A stretch of DNA of 64,000 bases. Origin: Gammaproteobacteria bacterium (lineage in GTDB: Bacteria; Pseudomonadota; Gammaproteobacteria; Eutrophobiales; Eutrophobiaceae). Shown here piece after piece: positions 41,085-51,528 of this stretch. How positions within the stretch are numbered: the first letter of the stretch is position 1; each line of letters opens with the position of its first letter. The notes below the pieces were generated by a model. It saw nothing but the letters and a program-made list of their open reading frames with translations. It did not search any database and was not told where the DNA came from. Position numbers and translations under genes: made by a program. The stretch spans positions 359,234 to 423,233 of the forward strand of contig WLWS01000002.1 in the NCBI GenBank assembly GCA_012103475.1, given 5' to 3'.

Positions 41085-42053
41085 GTGAGCAACAGGAAAC
41101 CGGTAATGAACGATAACTCAGATTCGCAAATTGAACAGAAAATGGTCAATCAGCTGGCCAGAGAATTTTTAAAAGAACAGAGAAATAATCGACGTTGGAA
41201 TATTTTCTTTAAATGCCTGCTGGCCTTGTATTTGTTTTCATTTCTGGCAATTTATTTTTCCGGACAAGTTGAGCTGGGTAGTCTCAGTGGGGAAAAACAC
41301 ACGGCATTGGTAGATATCAATGGTGTCATTTCAATGGACAGCGAGGCCAACGCTGACTATATCGGCTCCGGTCTGCGGGCGGCCTTTAAAGATAAAAATA
41401 CGGCCGGAGTCATCTTGCGTATCAACAGTCCGGGTGGTAGTCCGGTTCAGGCGGGCTATGTTAACGATGAAATCATCCGTTTGCGTCAAGAGTACCCTGA
41501 TATTCCGGTGTATGCCGTCATTTCAGATTTATGCGCATCCGGAGGTTACTATATAGCCTCAGCCGCAGATGAGATTTACGCGGATAAAGCCAGTCTCGTA
41601 GGCTCTATTGGAGTTATTATGTCGGGTTTCGGGTTTGTCGATAGCATAGAAAAACTGGGCGTTGAACGGCGTGTCCGTCACGCCGGTAAAAGTAAAGCCT
41701 TCCTTGACCCTTTCTCGCCTCAGAAAGAAGAGCACATAGTTCATGTTGACGATTTGCTGGATAAAATTTATCAGCAGTTCATTGCCACCGTTAAAAAAGG
41801 CCGAGGTGATCGACTCGTCAGTGGTAAAGATGATCTTATATTCTCAGGTCTGATCTGGACTGGTGAGCAGTCAATAGAACTCGGTTTAGTAGATGCGCTT
41901 GGTAGTGCCGGTTATGTTGCCAGAGAAGTCATAGGCGAAGAAGATATTGTCGATTTCACACGCAGGGATAGTTATCTGGACCAGTTCGCCGGAAGTCTCG
42001 GGGCCAGTCTGATGAATCAATTTGAAACTAAGTTAAATTATCAATTAAAATAA
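41085..42053 (+). CDS. S49 family peptidase (SppA/SohB-like)
   Basis: N-terminal transmembrane segment and an S49 domain with Ser in SGGY context. 322 aa. Confidence 0.75.
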   Translation: MSNRKPVMNDNSDSQIEQKMVNQLAREFLKEQRNNRRWNIFFKCLLALYLFSFLAIYFSGQVELGSLSGEKHTALVDINGVISMDSEANADYIGSGLRAAFKDKNTAGVILRINSPGGSPVQAGYVNDEIIRLRQEYPDIPVYAVISDLCASGGYYIASAADEIYADKASLVGSIGVIMSGFGFVDSIEKLGVERRVRHAGKSKAFLDPFSPQKEEHIVHVDDLLDKIYQQFIATVKKGRGDRLVSGKDDLIFSGLIWTGEQSIELGLVDALGSAGYVAREVIGEEDIVDFTRRDSYLDQFAGSLGASLMNQFETKLNYQLK

Positions 42054-42083
42054 TAGGTTAGGGTAATTAGTTAACCTACAACA

Positions 42084-42731
42084 TTAAGGAAGGTCTACGC
42101 CTTCCTGACGTAGCATCGCAGTCAATCGAATAAGGGGTAAGCCGACAAGCGCGCTTGGATCGTGACCTTCCATCGATTCAACCAGGCAAATGCCCAGTTT
42201 CTCTGATTTAAAACTACCGGCGCAATTGTAGGGTTTTTCAGCGAGCAGGTAGCGCTGGATCTCATTTTCTGAAAAATTTCTGAAATTCACTCTGTAATCC
42301 ACGCAATCGAGCTGTTCCTGTCCCGTCTTTGCGTTCAGTAAACACAGCCCGGTTTTAAAGATTAGTGTCCGACCAGCCATCTTACGCAACTGCTCACGGG
42401 CTCGTTGATGATTGCCCGGTTTGGAGAATATCTCGCCGTCGCAACTTGCCAATTGATCTGAACCGATTATCAAAGCCGTGGCATTGCCGCCAGCGATTTT
42501 TCTTGCTTTGCTGGAAGCCAGTCTAGTCACCTGATCCTGCAGACTCTCATTTACTTGCGGTGCTTCGTCAATGTCCGGCGAAATACATTGAAAGGGGAGA
42601 CAGAGACGTTCCAGTAATTCACGTCTAAAGGGCGATGAAGAGGCTAAAATTAACTCGGAAATGGTGGTTTCCCTCTGTTTCACGACTAGGTTCTGGGCTG
42701 GACATGATGACAGCGTGTAAAAACCTGTCAA
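42084..42731 (-). CDS. maf: Maf-like nucleoside triphosphate pyrophosphatase
   Basis: LILASSSPFRRELL Maf signature. The N-terminal roughly 25 aa of the ORF are atypical, so the real start may be internal or non-ATG. Confidence 0.75.
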   Translation of the reverse strand: MTGFYTLSSCPAQNLVVKQRETTISELILASSSPFRRELLERLCLPFQCISPDIDEAPQVNESLQDQVTRLASSKARKIAGGNATALIIGSDQLASCDGEIFSKPGNHQRAREQLRKMAGRTLIFKTGLCLLNAKTGQEQLDCVDYRVNFRNFSENEIQRYLLAEKPYNCAGSFKSEKLGICLVESMEGHDPSALVGLPLIRLTAMLRQEGVDLP

Positions 42732-42760
42732 GTCAATGGCTTAAACCTCAATATTAAGGC

Positions 42761-43324
42761 GTGTTTTCTTTGACAGAGGAAGCATGTGTGGCTAAACTTG
42801 CCCGCCTGATGCAAGCAGGCCCTCCGCAGCGTATTGATCCCGCCCGTTTCGCCGATAAAAAAGAAAGGTTATTCGGTGAATTGGATGTTATCGAACTGAG
42901 CAGACTTGATGGTCTGCTGCAGTCGAAGGATGGAAAAATCTCTTTTGAGTTGAGTTTTGACCGGGATGAGCACAGGCGGGTCAGTATATCAGGCGGATTT
43001 ACCTGCATACTGACAATGCGATGTCAGCGCTGCTTGCTGCCGCTGAATGTTAATGTTGAGCATTCAATCGATATTGTTCTGATAGCTGACGAAGACGAGG
43101 CAAAAAAATTACCTCGCCGGCAAGAGGGCTTGTTGTTTACTGATAAAATGCTTTCTCTGCCTGCCTTGATTGAGGAAGAGTTGCTGCTGGCTCTGCCATT
43201 GGCGCCTTTGCATGAAAATGAGTCCTGTTCTGCAAACAGTACAGGTAAGCCCGGAATTATTGAAGAAAGACAGCACCCTTTTGAAGTACTGAAAGACTTT
43301 AAGACCAGAAATACTAAAGATTGA
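42761..43324 (+). CDS. yceD: YceD/DUF177 family large-ribosomal-subunit accumulation protein
   Basis: CQRCL motif. Lies upstream of rpmF as in E. coli and Pseudomonas. Confidence 0.8.
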   Translation: MFSLTEEACVAKLARLMQAGPPQRIDPARFADKKERLFGELDVIELSRLDGLLQSKDGKISFELSFDRDEHRRVSISGGFTCILTMRCQRCLLPLNVNVEHSIDIVLIADEDEAKKLPRRQEGLLFTDKMLSLPALIEEELLLALPLAPLHENESCSANSTGKPGIIEERQHPFEVLKDFKTRNTKD

Positions 43325-43343
43325 TTAGACAGAGGATACAGAC

Positions 43344-43529
43344 ATGGCAGTACAAAAAAGCAAGAAGTCCACATCGAGACGTGATATGCGCCGTTCTCAT
43401 GATGCCTTACGTGGCCCAACACTTTCAACCGAGCAGGCGACAGGAGAAACACACAGACGACATCACGTCAGTGCAGATGGATATTATCGCGGTCGTCAGG
43501 TTCTGCAAAATAGCGACGACGACGAATAA
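43344..43529 (+). CDS. rpmF: 50S ribosomal protein L32
   Basis: [22 protein letters not shown] is the canonical L32 N-terminus. Confidence 0.95.
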   Translation: MAVQKSKKSTSRRDMRRSHDALRGPTLSTEQATGETHRRHHVSADGYYRGRQVLQNSDDDE

Positions 43530-43608
43530 TACTGGGGCCGGCTGTTAAGCGGTCCCTTAGTAACAGCCCCATCAAACGCTCTCCGGCCAAATCACTCAGA
43601 GATCTATT

Positions 43609-44622
43609 TTGACATTTTGTATTGCACTTGATGCGATGGGGGGGGACCACGGTCCTGCAGAGATCATTCCTGCCGCTCTGCATAGCCTGAGGCAACACAA
43701 AAATCTGGAAATCATACTGGTCGGTGATGAAGACACAATTCTGACTATCCTTGCTCAGAAAAGCGCTCAGGATCACGAGCGTATAAAGATCAAACATGCC
43801 TCTGAAGTCGTTGAAATGCATGAGGCACCATCACTGGCATTGCGCAATAAAAAAGATTCATCAATGCGTATTGCAATTCAACTGGTTAAAGATGGTCAGG
43901 CTTCAGCCTGCGTGAGTGCCGGCAACACAGGGGCCTTGATGGCAATGGCCCGGTTCGTTCTGAAAATGCTGCCTGGAATTGACAGACCGGCAATCTGCTC
44001 AATGATGCCGGGTATCGAAGGCCATACACACGTACTGGATCTCGGTGCTAACGTGGAACCCAGTTCCGAGCATCTTTTTCAATACGCTGTGATGGGCGCT
44101 GAATTGACAAGTGCAGTCGATAATGTGCAAAACCCTTCCGTTGCATTACTTAATGTTGGCGCCGAAGAAATCAAGGGCAATGATCGTGTTAAACAGGCAG
44201 CAGTACTGCTGTCGGAAAGCCATTTAAACTATGTTGGCTTCGTTGAAGGTAACGATTTGTACAGCAGCAAGGTTGATGTGATTGTTTGTGACGGTTTTTC
44301 CGGCAATATTGCTCTTAAAGCCAGTGAAGGTGTCGCTGAGCTTTTTAGTGCGCACGCGAGACAGGCCTTCAGCGGCTCGACTTATGGTAAATTGGCAGCT
44401 TTGTTGAGTAGCCCGGTTCTCAAGGCGATTCGTAAGAAGATTGATCCGAGACGGTATAACGGTGCCAGCTTGCTTGGTCTAAAGGGAATAGTTGTCAAAA
44501 GTCATGGTGGTGCAGACAGTCTTTCATTTTCTCATGCAATAGAAGAAGCCATGATTGAAGTAACCAAAAACGTTCCCGAGCGCATCAGTCAAAGACTCGA
44601 AGAGTTACTCATCGAAGATTAA
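43609..44622 (+). CDS. plsX: phosphate acyltransferase PlsX
   Basis: IALDAMGGDHGP motif. 337 aa. Probable TTG start. Confidence 0.9.
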   Translation: MTFCIALDAMGGDHGPAEIIPAALHSLRQHKNLEIILVGDEDTILTILAQKSAQDHERIKIKHASEVVEMHEAPSLALRNKKDSSMRIAIQLVKDGQASACVSAGNTGALMAMARFVLKMLPGIDRPAICSMMPGIEGHTHVLDLGANVEPSSEHLFQYAVMGAELTSAVDNVQNPSVALLNVGAEEIKGNDRVKQAAVLLSESHLNYVGFVEGNDLYSSKVDVIVCDGFSGNIALKASEGVAELFSAHARQAFSGSTYGKLAALLSSPVLKAIRKKIDPRRYNGASLLGLKGIVVKSHGGADSLSFSHAIEEAMIEVTKNVPERISQRLEELLIED

Positions 44623-44637
44623 GCCAGAGCGAGTATA

Positions 44638-45597
44638 GTGATGAATTATACAAAAATTCTTGGTACAGGTAGTTATTTACCCGAGCGCGTGATGTTGAAC
44701 TCGGAATTAGAAGCGATGGTGGATACCTCAGACGAGTGGATACAGGCCCGCACCGGTATTAAAGAACGTCATATCGCGAGAGAGGACGAAACTACCTGTG
44801 ATATGTGTGAACAGGCTGCACTGAATGCAATTCAAGCAGCGGATATAGATCCCTCTGAAATCGACCTGATAGTTCTGGCAACTTCGACTCCGGATCTAAT
44901 ATATCCCAGTACTGCCTGTTTACTGCAGGCGCGTTTGGGTGTGAGTAATACTTGTGCCGCTTTCGACGTCCAGGCTGCATGTTCTGGCTTTGTTTACGCT
45001 TTCAGTATTGCTGAGAAATTTATTCAGAGCGGCAGCGTAAAAAAAGCGCTTGTCGTTGGAGCCGATGCAAACTCCAAAATACTGGACTGGACTGATCGTG
45101 GTACTTGTGTCTTATTCGGTGATGGTGCAGGCGCTATTATTCTGGAGGCTTCCGATGAACCTGGAGTGTACGCTACCCGTTTACACGCAGACGGATCTCA
45201 TGCACATCTTCTACAAGTGCCATCAGGTGTTTCAAAACCGACAGGCGATCCTTTTATCCGTATGAGTGGCAATGAAGTGTTTAAGTTTGCTGTCAATGCA
45301 ATGGGCAGTATCGTCGATGAAACTCTACAGGAGTGTGGTTTGAGTAAGTCAGACATAGACTGGTTGGTGCCGCATCAGGCCAATCAACGTATTATTAAAG
45401 CTACGGCGAGAAAACTCGGTGTTACTATGGATAAGGTTATTCTGACAGTTGCTGAACACGGCAACACTTCTGGCGGTTCGATTCCACTGGCCCTTGATAC
45501 TGGTATTCGTGACGGGCGTATTAAAAGGGGAGACAAGCTTTTCCTTGAAGCGGTCGGAAGCGGTTTTACCTGGGGTTCTATTGTTCTCAAATACTAG
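44638..45597 (+). CDS. fabH: 3-oxoacyl-ACP synthase III
   Basis: KAS III with Cys in AFDVQAACSGF context plus His and Asn. 319 aa. Confidence 0.9.
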   Translation: MMNYTKILGTGSYLPERVMLNSELEAMVDTSDEWIQARTGIKERHIAREDETTCDMCEQAALNAIQAADIDPSEIDLIVLATSTPDLIYPSTACLLQARLGVSNTCAAFDVQAACSGFVYAFSIAEKFIQSGSVKKALVVGADANSKILDWTDRGTCVLFGDGAGAIILEASDEPGVYATRLHADGSHAHLLQVPSGVSKPTGDPFIRMSGNEVFKFAVNAMGSIVDETLQECGLSKSDIDWLVPHQANQRIIKATARKLGVTMDKVILTVAEHGNTSGGSIPLALDTGIRDGRIKRGDKLFLEAVGSGFTWGSIVLKY

Positions 45598-45619
45598 TTT
45601 TCTATTCCGATAACTTCAA

Positions 45620-46534
45620 ATGAATAACTCTCAATTGAGTTTTGTATTTCCAGGTCAGGGTTCCCAGTCAAAGGGCATGCTTTCTGAACTTGTGGATGAA
45701 TATGAAATAGTCAGGCTGACATATGATGAAGCTTCAGTAGCACTCGGGTTCGATCTTTGGCAACTGATACTTGAAAACCCGCAGGACAAGCTCAATCTTA
45801 CCAGTCACACTCAGCCGGCTTTGCTCGCCAGCAGTGTTGCAATCTGGCGATTGTGGATTCAACAAGGCGGAGATAAACCGGCCTTTCTGGCAGGACATAG
45901 TCTTGGCGAATACAGCGCATTAGTGTGTGCGGGTGTTATTTCCCTGAAAGATGCAGTGAGCCTGGTAGCAGATCGTGGAAAATTCATGCAGGAGGCAGTC
46001 CCTGAAGGGAGCGGTGCGATGGCAGCTATTCTGGGCTTGCCTGATGAGCAGGTTATTGAGATATGTGCTCACGCAGCACAATCGGAAGTGGTTTCTGCTG
46101 CGAATTTCAATTCGAACGGACAAGTCGTGATTGCCGGTGATAAGAACGCCATAGAAAGGGCCATAGAGCTTGCCAAAGAGCAGGGCGCAAAACGAGCCAT
46201 GCTATTGGCAGTCAGCGTACCATCTCATTGTGCGCTCATGCGAGAGGCCGCTGAACGCTTTGCTGAGCGAATGGAGTTAATACAGTTTGCCAATGCAAGT
46301 ATCCCGATAATTCAGAATGTCGATGCAGAAAAACGTACGGATGCAGAAGCGATTAAGAAAGCTTTACTTGAACAACTTTATTGTTCAGTGCACTGGTGGC
46401 TTTCAGTTACTCGTTTAAAAGAGCTCGGCTCCACTACTATTATTGAATGTGGTCCGGGTAAAGTGCTCAGTGGTTTGATTAAACGAATCGATCGTTCGCT
46501 TGAAATTTTTCCCGTCCATGACAGCGATTCTTGA
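45620..46534 (+). CDS. fabD: malonyl-CoA:ACP transacylase
   Basis: GHSLGEYSAL active-site motif. Confidence 0.9.
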   Translation: MNNSQLSFVFPGQGSQSKGMLSELVDEYEIVRLTYDEASVALGFDLWQLILENPQDKLNLTSHTQPALLASSVAIWRLWIQQGGDKPAFLAGHSLGEYSALVCAGVISLKDAVSLVADRGKFMQEAVPEGSGAMAAILGLPDEQVIEICAHAAQSEVVSAANFNSNGQVVIAGDKNAIERAIELAKEQGAKRAMLLAVSVPSHCALMREAAERFAERMELIQFANASIPIIQNVDAEKRTDAEAIKKALLEQLYCSVHWWLSVTRLKELGSTTIIECGPGKVLSGLIKRIDRSLEIFPVHDSDS

Positions 46535-47267
46535 CGGACAGATTGCACTGGTAACCGGAGCCAGTCGAGGAATTGGTAAAGCCATTGCGATAAAACTGGC
46601 AGATGATGGCGCTTTTGTCATCGGTACTGCCACTAGTGAAACCGGCGCAAGTGCTGTGGAAAAAACACTTAATTCAGAAGGACGAAATGGCCGCGGTTTT
46701 GTACTGGATGTATCTGATAGTGAATCTGTAGATAATTTTGCCAGCAACTTAAAGGCCGAAAATTACGCTGTGTCAATCCTCGTCAACAATGCTGGAATAA
46801 CCCGGGACAATCTTTTAATGCGAATGAAAGATGAAGAATGGGAAGATGTTATTAACACTAACCTGAGTTCAGTTTATAGAATAACCAGGTTTTGTCTTCG
46901 AGCAATGATGAAAGCCCGGGGCGGGCGCATAATTAATATTGCATCGGTAGTTGCCTTGTCTGGCAATGCTGGACAAACAAACTATGCAGCAGCTAAGGCA
47001 GGCATGCTCGGTTTTACGCGGGCACTGGCGAAAGAAGTGGGTAGTCGAAATATAACCGTAAACGCTCTTGCGCCAGGTTTTATAGAGACTGACATGACCG
47101 ATGCCCTGGACGCAGAGCAACAGGCCCTGTTGCTAAATCAAATTGCACTCGGCCGACTTGGTAGTGTAAACGAAATAGCAGCTTGTGTGGCTTTTCTGGC
47201 TTCACCTGCAGCGGCCTATATTTCCGGCGAAACAATTAATGTCAACGGAGGCATGTATATGGCGTAA
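46518..47267 (+). CDS. fabG: 3-oxoacyl-ACP reductase
   Basis: Classic FabG N-terminus (IALVTGASRGIGKAIA). Start placed at MTAILDGQ rather than the upstream Met at 46500. Confidence 0.9.
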   Translation: MTAILDGQIALVTGASRGIGKAIAIKLADDGAFVIGTATSETGASAVEKTLNSEGRNGRGFVLDVSDSESVDNFASNLKAENYAVSILVNNAGITRDNLLMRMKDEEWEDVINTNLSSVYRITRFCLRAMMKARGGRIINIASVVALSGNAGQTNYAAAKAGMLGFTRALAKEVGSRNITVNALAPGFIETDMTDALDAEQQALLLNQIALGRLGSVNEIAACVAFLASPAAAYISGETINVNGGMYMA

Positions 47268-47419
47268 ACACCTACTTTTAACATTAATTAAACTTTGTAA
47301 TTTGCTGATATTTAATCATATATCAAATAATGCTGTATGCAGCTTGCAAGTTATTATCATTTCTCTAAACTTACACACGAATTTTCGGTGACCACACCGT
47401 AGAGGGAGGAATTACCCAT

Positions 47420-47656
47420 ATGAGCAGTGTTGAAGAACGCGTTAAAAAAATAGTAGTAGAACAACTAGGCGTTAAGGAAGAGGAAGTTTCCAGTGAAGCA
47501 TTTTTTGTTGATGATCTGGGCGCCGACTCACTTGATACAGTTGAACTTGTTATGGCTTTGGAAGAAGAGTTCAAGACGGAAATCCCTGATGAGGACGCGG
47601 AAAAAATTACCACCGTCCAACAGGCAGTCGATTACGTCAACGCCAATCTTGACTAA
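47420..47656 (+). CDS. acpP: acyl carrier protein
   Basis: [20 protein letters not shown] with the phosphopantetheine-attachment Ser. 78 aa. Confidence 0.97.
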   Translation: MSSVEERVKKIVVEQLGVKEEEVSSEAFFVDDLGADSLDTVELVMALEEEFKTEIPDEDAEKITTVQQAVDYVNANLD

Positions 47657-47674
47657 AACCCGGCTTCAAAAAAA

Positions 47675-47712
47675 GAAAAGGCTGCGTTTAACCACGCGGC
47701 CTTTTCTTTTTT
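47675..47712 (+). terminator. rho-independent terminator after acpP
   Basis: AAGGCUGCG / CGCGGCCUU stem (one G-U pair) with loop UUUAACCA, followed by a UUUUCUUUUUU run. Confidence 0.7.
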
Positions 47713-47742
47713 AAGGGCTTACATGAGTACGATATAAATATT

Positions 47743-48984
47743 GTGAGTAAGCGTAGAGTTGTTGTCACAGGATTGGGTTGCCTTACCCCACTTGGTAATA
47801 ATGTTAAAGACACCTGGGATCAAGTTCTCAAGGGCGTCAGTGGTATTGCTGAACTGACGCATTTTGACACCAGTGAATTTCCTGTTCGTTTTGGTGGTTC
47901 GATTCGAAACTTCGATATCGAAGATTATATTTCCCGAAAAGATGCCCGGAAAATGGATCCCTTTATTCATTATGGTATGGCGGCAGGAATCCAGGCTATC
48001 GAAGATTCGGGGCTCGAAATCTCGGAGGAGATTGCTCACAGAGTTGGTGTAGCGATTGGCTCGGGTATTGGCGGTTTACCTGGTATCGAAAAAGGCACAG
48101 ATATCATTACCGAAGGCGGACCGCGTAAGATTTCGCCGTTCTATGTGCCCAGTAACATCATCAATATGATTTCCGGTCATCTATCCATTAAATATGGTGC
48201 AAAAGGCCCTAATTTCGCGATCGTTACCGCCTGTTCGACTGGCACACACAACATTGGTGATGCAGCCCGTATTATTGAATATGGAGACGCTGATGTCATG
48301 ATTGCCGGTGGTGCTGAGATGTCAACATCACCAACCGGACTGGCAGGATTCGCTAACGCGCGTGCCTTATCGACAAATAACTCCGATCCGCAAGGAGCCT
48401 CGAGACCCTGGGATCGGGATCGAGATGGTTTTGTTTTGAGTGACGGAGCCGGCGTGATGGTTCTGGAAGAATATGAATTTGCTAAAAGCAGAGGCGCTTC
48501 CATCTACGCTGAACTCATTGGCTATGGTATGAGTGGCGACGCCTACCATATGACTTTGCCATCCGAAGGCGGTGAGGGCGCCGCGCGTTGCATGCAGAAC
48601 GCCATGAATAACGCCAGTCTGGAGCTAACAGAACTGGACTATATCAACGCTCATGGCACATCCACACCTGCTGGAGACGTTATAGAGAGCAATGCAATAA
48701 AAAAGGTCTTTGGCGCTCATGCCAGTAATCTGGCTGTGAGTTCAACTAAATCAATGATTGGACATCTGCTTGGTGCTGCTGGCGGTGTTGAGGCGGTGTT
48801 TTCAGTGCTTGCCATTAAAGATCAAGTTGCTCCACCGACTATAAATCTCGATAAGCCCGATCCGGAATGTGACCTCGATTACGTTCCACATGAAGCCAGG
48901 CAAATGGAAATTAACACAGTGTTATCAAATTCTTTTGGTTTTGGTGGAACTAATGGTTCTCTCATTTTCAAACGACTTTCCTGA
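47743..48984 (+). CDS. fabF: 3-oxoacyl-ACP synthase II
   Basis: KAS II. 413 aa. VVVTGLG N-terminus and an active-site Cys. Confidence 0.9.
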   Translation: MSKRRVVVTGLGCLTPLGNNVKDTWDQVLKGVSGIAELTHFDTSEFPVRFGGSIRNFDIEDYISRKDARKMDPFIHYGMAAGIQAIEDSGLEISEEIAHRVGVAIGSGIGGLPGIEKGTDIITEGGPRKISPFYVPSNIINMISGHLSIKYGAKGPNFAIVTACSTGTHNIGDAARIIEYGDADVMIAGGAEMSTSPTGLAGFANARALSTNNSDPQGASRPWDRDRDGFVLSDGAGVMVLEEYEFAKSRGASIYAELIGYGMSGDAYHMTLPSEGGEGAARCMQNAMNNASLELTELDYINAHGTSTPAGDVIESNAIKKVFGAHASNLAVSSTKSMIGHLLGAAGGVEAVFSVLAIKDQVAPPTINLDKPDPECDLDYVPHEARQMEINTVLSNSFGFGGTNGSLIFKRLS

Positions 48985-49048
48985 TTCGTATCGGCTGTAG
49001 AAAAGCCGAAAAACAATAGGAACAGGACTATGTCAATCTTAGAAGAGA

Positions 49049-49867
49049 ATGATTCTAGTCAACGGTAAACCTGAGGATACGCTTTCCCTTGGGGATCGCG
49101 CTATTCACTATGGTGACGGTCTTTTCGAAACAATTGCTGTTGAGCATGGTCTACCTTTGGCTTGGGATGATCACATGCAGCGCTTGCAGAAATCATGTTT
49201 GCAACTCGGTATTGATTGCCCCGACCCGGCAAGCCTCTTGCTGGAAACTGTAGAGATCGCCGGTGACCGGGAACTGCTTGTTGTCAAAATTATAATCAGT
49301 CGCGGGAGTGGCGGACGCGGATACACACCTGCAGAGAAGGGAACTACAGGAAGAATTGTTCTCGCATATGACTGGCCGGACTACCCGAAAGAGTTTGCAC
49401 AAGTGGGAATTGAAGCTGCAATCAGTAGTATTCGCCTTGGCCATAATCCCCTGCTGGCTGGCCTGAAACACCTGAACCGACTTGAACAGGTCTTGCTGAG
49501 CAGAGAGCTTGCTGCAAAAGACAAGCCTGAAACCCTGGTTATGGATATTGATAATCAAGTGATAGAAGGGAGTAAATCCAATCTGTTTTTAGTAAGCAAT
49601 CAAAAAGTGATGACCCCTGCGCTGGATCAGGCCGGTGTTGAAGGTGTTATCAGAAATGCACTGCTTAAAATTGCCGACGAATTGCTTATGGAAAGGCAGA
49701 TAGGCAGATTTTCACTTGATGATGTGTTTAATGCTGATGAAGTATTTTTCTGCAATAGTATTGCGGGTTTATGGCCGGTTCGGCGAATTGAAAATACTGA
49801 GTTCGCGCTTGGCCCTGTCAGTCTCAAATTGCAACAGGTGCTGCAGGAAAAAAAGCTTATTACATGA
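49049..49867 (+). CDS. pabC: aminodeoxychorismate lyase (class IV aminotransferase fold)
   Basis: Fold type IV PLP enzyme. 272 aa. Position after fabF as in Pseudomonas and E. coli. Confidence 0.8.
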   Translation: MILVNGKPEDTLSLGDRAIHYGDGLFETIAVEHGLPLAWDDHMQRLQKSCLQLGIDCPDPASLLLETVEIAGDRELLVVKIIISRGSGGRGYTPAEKGTTGRIVLAYDWPDYPKEFAQVGIEAAISSIRLGHNPLLAGLKHLNRLEQVLLSRELAAKDKPETLVMDIDNQVIEGSKSNLFLVSNQKVMTPALDQAGVEGVIRNALLKIADELLMERQIGRFSLDDVFNADEVFFCNSIAGLWPVRRIENTEFALGPVSLKLQQVLQEKKLIT

Positions 49868-50880
49868 CGGTGAAAAAAATTACGCTCAGCCTCGTCGTGA
49901 TTATTGTGCTTTTTATGAGTATCACTTTGTGGTGGCTGAATAAAGATATGCAACGAGAATTAAACTCACCTCTTGCTTTTACAGGAAGCGAAATTATCCA
50001 GCTGAGACCAGGACAGAGTCTGAAATCGCTCAGTCGAGAAATAACCGACAAAGGCTGGATGAAACATCCTTACTATCTTGAATTCGAAGCGAGAAAACAG
50101 AATGTCGCCTCTCGGCTCAAAGCCGGTGAATATACAATTACTCCGGGTACTACGCCTCTTCAGCTTCTGGACATATTCGTAGAGGGTAAAGTAAAGCAGT
50201 ATTCAATGACGATTCCCGAGGGCTGGACATTAACGCAAATACTGGATGCCATCGCCGCAAACCCTGAATTGCAACAGACCCTGACGACATCTAGGCCAGA
50301 ACAGGTCATGTCGCTGGCCGGGTTTGCGGGTCATTTCGCTGAAGGTCGTATATTTCCTGATACTTACCTGTTTCCGGCTGGTACTAGTGATATAGAATTC
50401 ATTCAACGCGCAGTCAAAACACAAAAAAAGGTACTGCAGGAAGAATGGGCTCGTAGAGAAGAAGGTTTGCCCTATAAGTCTGCCTACGAAGCGCTTATTA
50501 TGGCTTCGATAATAGAAAAAGAAACAGGGCGTGCAGAAGAAAGACAACACATAGCTGGCGTTTTCGTTAGACGACTACGTTTAGGCATGAAGTTACAAAC
50601 TGACCCAACGGTTATTTACGCAATGGCTGAACGTTTTGATGGCAATATCAGACGTAAGGATTTATCTATAGATTCTCCTTACAACACATATCGCTACAAA
50701 GGCCTGCCACCCACGCCAATTGCCTCTCCCGGGCGTGATGCAATTCACGCAGCCTTGCATCCTTTGCCGGGAAAAACTTTGTACTTTGTGGCTCGCGGCG
50801 ATGGCAGTCACTACTTTTCTGAAACACTGGAAGAACATAATAAAGCAGTTAGAAAATATCAGCTGAACAAAAAGAAATAA
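49864..50880 (+). CDS. mltG: endolytic murein transglycosylase MltG (YceG)
   Basis: N-terminal transmembrane helix and a YceG domain. 4-nt overlap with pabC. Confidence 0.85.
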   Translation: MTVKKITLSLVVIIVLFMSITLWWLNKDMQRELNSPLAFTGSEIIQLRPGQSLKSLSREITDKGWMKHPYYLEFEARKQNVASRLKAGEYTITPGTTPLQLLDIFVEGKVKQYSMTIPEGWTLTQILDAIAANPELQQTLTTSRPEQVMSLAGFAGHFAEGRIFPDTYLFPAGTSDIEFIQRAVKTQKKVLQEEWARREEGLPYKSAYEALIMASIIEKETGRAEERQHIAGVFVRRLRLGMKLQTDPTVIYAMAERFDGNIRRKDLSIDSPYNTYRYKGLPPTPIASPGRDAIHAALHPLPGKTLYFVARGDGSHYFSETLEEHNKAVRKYQLNKKK

Positions 50881-50904
50881 TTCTCATTATCGGTAAATTT
50901 AAGT

Positions 50905-51528
50905 ATGACTCAAGGACTTTTCATTACACTGGAAGGCATAGAAGGTGTCGGTAAAACGACTCAGGTGGATTATGTCGCCGAATTGTTTAGAAGAAAAAAC
51001 AGGACCGTTACAGTGACCAGAGAACCCGGGGGTACATCCGTTGGTGAAGCCATAAGAGAAATTCTTTTACAGGGAAAGGATCTGGATATTTGTGATGAGA
51101 CTGAGTTGTTGCTTATTTTTGCTGCCAGAGCTCAGCATCTGCGCAGAATAATTGAGCCGGCTCTGGCCCGGAACGAGGTGGTCATATGCGATCGATTTAC
51201 TGATGCCAGTCTCGCCTATCAGGGCGGAGGACGCGGCATTGACATGGCCAGAATCAAACAACTTATAGATTGGCTGGACGGATGTATAAAACCCGAATTG
51301 ACCTTATTGCTTGATGCGCCGGTTGAAACTGGTCTGGCACGGGCAGGGAGTCGCGGTGAGCTGGATCGTTTTGAAACTGAAACCATCGAGTTTTTCGAGT
51401 TGATTCGACAGACCTATCTGAAACTTGCACGGCAAGAACCAGAGCGATTGTCAGTAATAGACGCCAGTCTGGATTTTGATGAAGTTCAGGCACAGATAGA
51501 TGCTGTCATTCGGAGCAGGCAGTACTGA
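50905..51528 (+). CDS. tmk: thymidylate kinase
   Basis: P-loop LEGIEGVGKTTQ. 207 aa. Confidence 0.9.
   Translation: MTQGLFITLEGIEGVGKTTQVDYVAELFRRKNRTVTVTREPGGTSVGEAIREILLQGKDLDICDETELLLIFAARAQHLRRIIEPALARNEVVICDRFTDASLAYQGGGRGIDMARIKQLIDWLDGCIKPELTLLLDAPVETGLARAGSRGELDRFETETIEFFELIRQTYLKLARQEPERLSVIDASLDFDEVQAQIDAVIRSRQY

Noticed and set aside
42054-42083. Short inverted repeat (AGGTTA...TAACCT) between the convergent S49 peptidase and maf genes as a bidirectional terminator
   Set aside because: The stem is only 6 bp and there is no flanking T/A run. This is too weak to call.
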